A DNA stretch of 64,000 bases from Massalongia carnosa (Eukaryota): NCBI GenBank assembly GCA_965645245.1, contig OZ287080.1, forward strand, positions 434,001 to 498,000. Direction: 5' to 3'. The notes below the pieces were generated by a model that saw only the letters and a list, made by a program, of their open reading frames with translations, did not search any database and had not been told where the DNA came from. The translations under genes were made by a program, and so were the position numbers. Positions 58,859 through 64,000 of the stretch are shown here, in pieces; the first letter of the stretch is position 1; every line of letters starts with the position of its first letter.

Positions 58859-61800
58859 TCATTGAACGTCTTCTAACTGAGGTCCTACGGCACTGCATTT
58901 TTCGACGAGAGTTGATGCAATCTGTAGGTTTTCTGCACCGCTCAGCGCTTTAGTAATCAGCGCCTCATTGCTCTCCTGAACAACGTGTCGGAAGGTATTG
59001 ATCAGATAACCTGAGATCAGTTCCACCGACCATGACTCCGGAATAAGGCCTAGTACCTCGCTGACATCATACCATGACCCAAATCGTTCAAGTAGTTCAC
59101 TTGTTCTTTCCAGCCTATGTGTAATATCCTCAATACCTAGAAACTCCCCCAAAAGATATCCGAATAAAGTGGCTTGCTCCTCACTGGTCGGGGCTACAGT
59201 TGGAGACATGGGTGCCGACGCTGGGTAAAAAATACTTGCACCACCCAATAGGCAGTAGTTAATGGCTGTATGGTAATCTCCCAGACCATGTGTAAGCAGC
59301 CGTAACGCTTGTTGATGTCGGCCTTGACGGCCGTCGAGGATGATAGATTCAGGCACTAGGTCTTGCTCAAAGGGTTCAATGCGGGACAGGATGCTTTCAA
59401 CGTTGTAGGCGAAGTCAGTGCCATGGCTTCCACCCAAGAGCTCTAGAAGCCGTAGACGATCATGCCACCAAGACATGTCATTTGGGTTATCAATGATAAA
59501 TTGACGGTATGTAGGCTTCGGCGGGTCCAGTGCTCTATAAGTTTCATAGGACTGCGAAAGAATTTCTCGGGCTTCCCTTGACGAACCTAGAACGAAGAGT
59601 ACATTGTCAAGATAGTAAGATATCAAGTCATTTGCATATTGGAAATTCTTCTTGCCAAATACAAGATGCTCAAGGTAGAACTTTACAGCTTCCGGGGCCC
59701 GTTCTCGTAACAACTCGACGACTTCATGAGGTGCCATTTTGACCTTGCTGTTATCATCTGTGTATACTTGTACCCCAAGAGCTGGATTTCGTCTGGCTAA
59801 CCAAGCTCCATATTCGTGGACCACGCGAGGATCCCTGATTTTGATCAAATATTTGCGAACTTCATTCTCACCATCTACTAGCTCATTGGCTGCATCCTTC
59901 TCGCCGTCGATGATCCGTCTCCAGGTTTGTAGTACCTTCTCTGCCATTTTCCGGCTTCCGTAAAGTCTGCTAAGGAGATAAAAACGTCGATAATGCTCTA
60001 AAAGAGCGACCGCTCGATCAAAGCAGTCAACACCAGAGTCGACAATCGAGTATAGCTCGGCTCTAGATGAAGATATGTTATGTCCACTGAAATGCAAGCT
60101 ATCGGAAGATAGCAACAGATGCAGTATGGCTGCATCCACAGTCTGGAAGACTTCTACCTCATCAGCAACACTACCAAAGCCTTTGCGTTGTCGCCACGCA
60201 AACAGATATTTTTTAAGTAGGCTCATTGTTTCATCATTTTTGAAGACTGCCGCTTGTTCCTCGGGTAAGCATGGTTGGATTGACATGAATGACCAGAAAT
60301 GCTCAATAATCGATAACAACCCTGAGTGTATCCAAATGCCTTTAGGCCCTTCAAATATATCTTTCTGGAGCGAAGGTATCATGGTAAGAATTACTCGGGG
60401 ATCAATGTTGCTCTCCATAAGCAGAGCTTCCATAGTCCCCGCGTCTGTACGCTGAAAGTTTTGAGAAGGTATTGATCGTACAAGAAGATCACAAAAAAGT
60501 ATCAAGCTAATCTTTTGACGGATGTACTCCAAACTCAAGAACTCTGTCTCTGTGTTGGCTTCTTGGCCATGGAGACTATTGATGATCTTAATCATTTTTG
60601 CGCGATCCACCTTGACATCTCGAGCATCTTCTACACCATTGTGGAGGGCTTGATCAATGGCTGAGTCTAGCCTCATTGCTAGAGGATTTTTCACAATCCA
60701 CCAGATTGAAGAACCCGACCAAACCACAATTTGGCATTCTCGTCCTCCAAGCCGCTGACCAAATTTATTTTCCTCCATGTTCCGCCGAGCTTCCCAGTCC
60801 TCTAAAATATGATTCTTTTCACTTGCCTCACCTGTTCTGACACGATTACTGGCAAGGTTAAGCCGCGCAGCTCGTAAGCTTATTCCTATTTCCGGAAATG
60901 GAACATTTACCGCTGTGTGAACAGCTCGAAGTCCGTAGTTCGGGAACTCGTCGCTCTCAGCATTAGCATCCATAGATAATTCAACAGGAATATCCAGCCA
61001 CTCCTTCTGGATAGCGTCATCTAAATTCAACTGCTGTATCTCGATGGAAGGGAATTCTTGAGTTACTCCCGGCCGAGATACAGCAGCAAGTACATGGCCT
61101 TCATAATTATCCTCAACGAATTGGACCCCACGTTCTGATTTAGAGCCGGTCCCATCTACCACTACTGCCGTTGGATAGCGGCTAAACTGTAAAGTACCGC
61201 GAACAACATCCCCGTCAAGGTTCACAAAAATAGCGACACCTGGCTCTGTTGGTATTGTGCCTGTGGTAAGGAGAAATTCAGAAAATGAAGGAGAAACAAT
61301 ATGAGGCCGTAGGCCTATAGGGAGCGAGGGACTCGTAGGTAAGATTCTTTGCGTGGCCGGTTGCTCAGGAGGAGGCGGCAAAGGTTTATCAGATATAGGT
61401 GGTTGTCGAACTGGGCTACCTGATGCTGAGCCTGGTCTATTAGGAAGTGGAACCCTTGCTGGCGAAGTAGCTCTCTCGGATGGCTCGGGAGTGTTGATTC
61501 CAAACCTTTCTCGCCCTTTCGAGGCTGGACTTCCCTGTCGTTTCCCTAAACTGGCAACAAAATTACCTAGGCTATTACTCCTACTGTGCAGCTTTGGATC
61601 GCTATTAGAATCTGTAGGATTAGGACGTCTTGAAATCAAGGTTTTATCGTTTCTTGGCTCTAAAGCAGGAGATATATCTTCCACTCTCCCGCTACCCGCA
61701 TTCCCATCTAGAGACGAGATTGGGAAGAGATTAATCTTTTGCTGGTTTTCGATATCAATTAGAGAGTAGGAACCAGAATCAGCTACGCAGGCAAAGTTAT

Positions 61801-62502
61801 CGCGACGTGCAGCTGCAAGGCAGCCAGGAAAATCAATATTTCGTACAAGTCGAGGTTCGTCACCAATACGTATTAGTCTAATTCGATTTTTGATGCATAT
61901 CATGACATTTTCGAAGCCTTGTTTGGCCACATCATTGATATTAAGGTCTAACCCACCGACCCAACTGCAACCAGAGACAATGGTATTGCCAAACGCAGGA
62001 CTCAATTCTGGAAGACTATAGAAACTCAAAGTGTTGTTGCACAAAACACACACTTTCTTGACTCCTGATAATGGCAATACTTGCTGGACCCCTGAGAAAG
62101 GTTGGGTAATGCTTGAAGGCTGTGTAAACTTCGGTTGAAGTCTTGATGCAAAGATAAAGGTTGAACCCCGAAACTCATCGGATGGATCTACTGGAATATA
62201 GACAAAATGCAAAATTTCAGCTGCAGAGGTGCCAACGTACAGGTTATCCTCTAAGATAGTAACTATACATTAGCAATCTTAGATTCATCACAAAGGAAGC
62301 CATAAGTAATAAACTGATAAGGAGCAGTCAGCCAATAGAGTGACTAACCCCAAAGCTCCACGCATGTAATCCGAGGTTTTCGATCAATGCCTTCAGCTGC
62401 AAGAGGGACGTTTTCCACAATGCTTCTAAGTACATATGAGTCCTCTGAAGCATGCTTCACCTTGGATTTTTCGGGTAGCTTAGACGCTACCTCATTTGTC
62501 AT
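58859..62502 (-). CDS. CNH-domain vacuolar/endosomal tethering subunit, Vps3/TGFBRAP1-like (Vps39 family)
   Basis: Exon 1 runs from ATG 62502 (ITCVELW) through an intron to DNLYVGTS.., then the 1117-aa ORF: CNH propeller, VD.A.L, YLEHLV and clathrin-repeat-like GRH.QALRLL..GL.D...A..YC. Confidence 0.85.
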
Positions 62503-62787
62503 TGTAACCAGAAATCACCGGGGCTTTAGTCCGGATTGAAAAATGAAAGATTCCTCCTAGGTGTTGGAGATAAATATAAAGACATTGATAGGTAACTACC
62601 TACCGGAGCTACGCGTTGTCTAACAATAGGTTGACCCATCGGAGAAATCGCTCCGAAGCTCCGTTAAAGTACAGAGTTCAGTATTCCACAACACTACGAC
62701 CGAGCGTGCTATCACTACGTCTGAGTTTAAGGTTCTTGAGGGATATCTAGGACCCGACTTGAAATATACAAAAATAATTCATGCGTC

Positions 62788-64000
62788 ATGAATAGTTCTG
62801 CTTCAATGGAGGCCAAAGCCCCCTTTGACGATGACCAGAATGGGTTGGGAGAGAGTAATAGCCCAGTGATAGACGCTACGACCTCGATTATAAGTAATGG
62901 GGCACCTGGAACTTTACATGGAGAAAACAAGTTTCAAAGCGCCATCTCAGCATGGAGAAGTGAGCCTTGGGGATACTCAATGACAGTGCCCACACCGACT
63001 GACTATAATTATTTCAGACATTGATCTTACCAAGCTCGTTCCAGAACTTGACATTACAGCGTCGGATATAGTTTCTCATCAGCGAGAAACTTTACTTTCA
63101 CGAAAGGATTTAGCTCAAAAGACGAAGGATTTCAGAAAACTGGATGACGCGGCCAAGCTATTGGAATTGAAGTCTCTTCTGAAAGGTATCCTTGCAGTGC
63201 TCTGAAGTTGGCCATAGGCTAATATTTCTGCGTAGCATATCAATCGTTCATTGATCTTCTGACGGGTCACGGAAAAACTACGTCCTCAGCATTTCTACAG
63301 CTATACTCTTCGATCTCCGAGGCTCCAGATCCATATCCACTCCTCGAAGCATCGGTCGACGCTCTTCTATTATCCGAAGATACCTTACCAAAGATAAACT
63401 CCGAAAATAAACACTTACAGAAAACTGTGGTTAATCTAACGAACCAGCTTGATATTTGCGATCGGAGGTTAGAGGAGGAACGCGCTGCACGGAAGGAGTT
63501 AGAGGACTCGCGGGAATCTAAGCTAAGTGAGGTGGAGGCGTCTTGGAAAGCAGTTGTCGAGGAGAAACGAGATAACTGGGAGGCCAAGGAGCGGAGTTTA
63601 GAAGAGAAAATCGAGAGTCAGGATCGCCTTCTGAACGAGTTGAAAGCCAGCTTCGAGGTTGCACAGCGATTAGGACATGCCGATAGCCAAAGCGACAATC
63701 GGCAAAACTCCGCCAGCCTTGCGGAGTTGGAGATTGTGAGCTCAGATCTTGACAGAACAAGTCAAAGGTTGGCCGAAGTTGAAGCAAGGAATGAACAACT
63801 TCGAGTGGAGCTTGCAGAAGCCTCGTCGAATAGTCATAGAAAGCCTGTAATAGAGGAGGACCCGATAAACGCACGTCTAAGATCTGAGAATTCTTCTTTG
63901 CTTCGAAAAGTAGACACAGTTCGGCTAGAAAAGGATTCAGAGACCAGACGATGGGAAAATCGAATTCGCACCTTAGAAAGAGATATCCAGACATTGCAAC
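62788..64000 (+). CDS. COY1: Golgin CASP/Coy1 (CUX1 N-terminal coiled coil), 3'-partial
   Basis: Spliced exons read FQSAISAWR | IDLTKL..LD..SRKDLAQKTKDFRK | AYQSFIDLLT...SEAPDPYPLLEASVD, followed by a long coiled coil that runs off the window. Confidence 0.88.

Noticed and set aside
1..64000. Starship or other giant mobile element (FRE and HET-like genes can be cargo)
   Set aside because: No DUF3435 tyrosine-recombinase captain or boundary repeats were seen, and the FRE gene sits beside housekeeping LSM7.

Overview
This is eukaryotic, intron-containing DNA from a filamentous ascomycete (Pezizomycotina-type GT..CTRAY..AG introns); the lineage cannot be fixed from the sequence alone. It holds about 20 protein genes or pseudogenes. 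The left part (about 2-21 kb) looks accessory. It has two Tc1/mariner relics, two solo LTRs with perfect 5-bp target-site duplications (one nested inside the older Tc1), a secreted FAD oxidoreductase, a divergent secreted subtilase, a GT8/GNT1-like transferase, a DnaJ/Zn-ribbon protein, an SRPK-like kinase pseudogene, a GPI-anchored BIM1/X325-like copper protein and a Cys-rich small protein. The rest is mostly conserved genes: a HET-like membrane protein, an MNN2-like mannosyltransferase, a ferric reductase, LSM7, a Zn2Cys6 protein, a C2H2 protein, a nitrilase, RSE1, MSS51, an NTF2-like protein, a Vps3/TGFBRAP1-like gene and COY1/CASP. These are separated by microsatellite-rich and G/C-run-rich spacers. 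The best signals not shown by the ORF track are a box C/D snoRNA inside an RSE1 intron (snR41/SNORD62-type 18S guide plus an unassigned second guide), an apparently CpC-directed RIP-like mutation pattern in the old Tc1 relic, a decayed intron-containing tRNA-like element, and a membrane-protein gene interrupted by a TAG. I found no convincing novel multi-gene system: no Starship captain, no PKS/NRPS and no NLR. All family assignments come from motif recognition by eye, not database searches.
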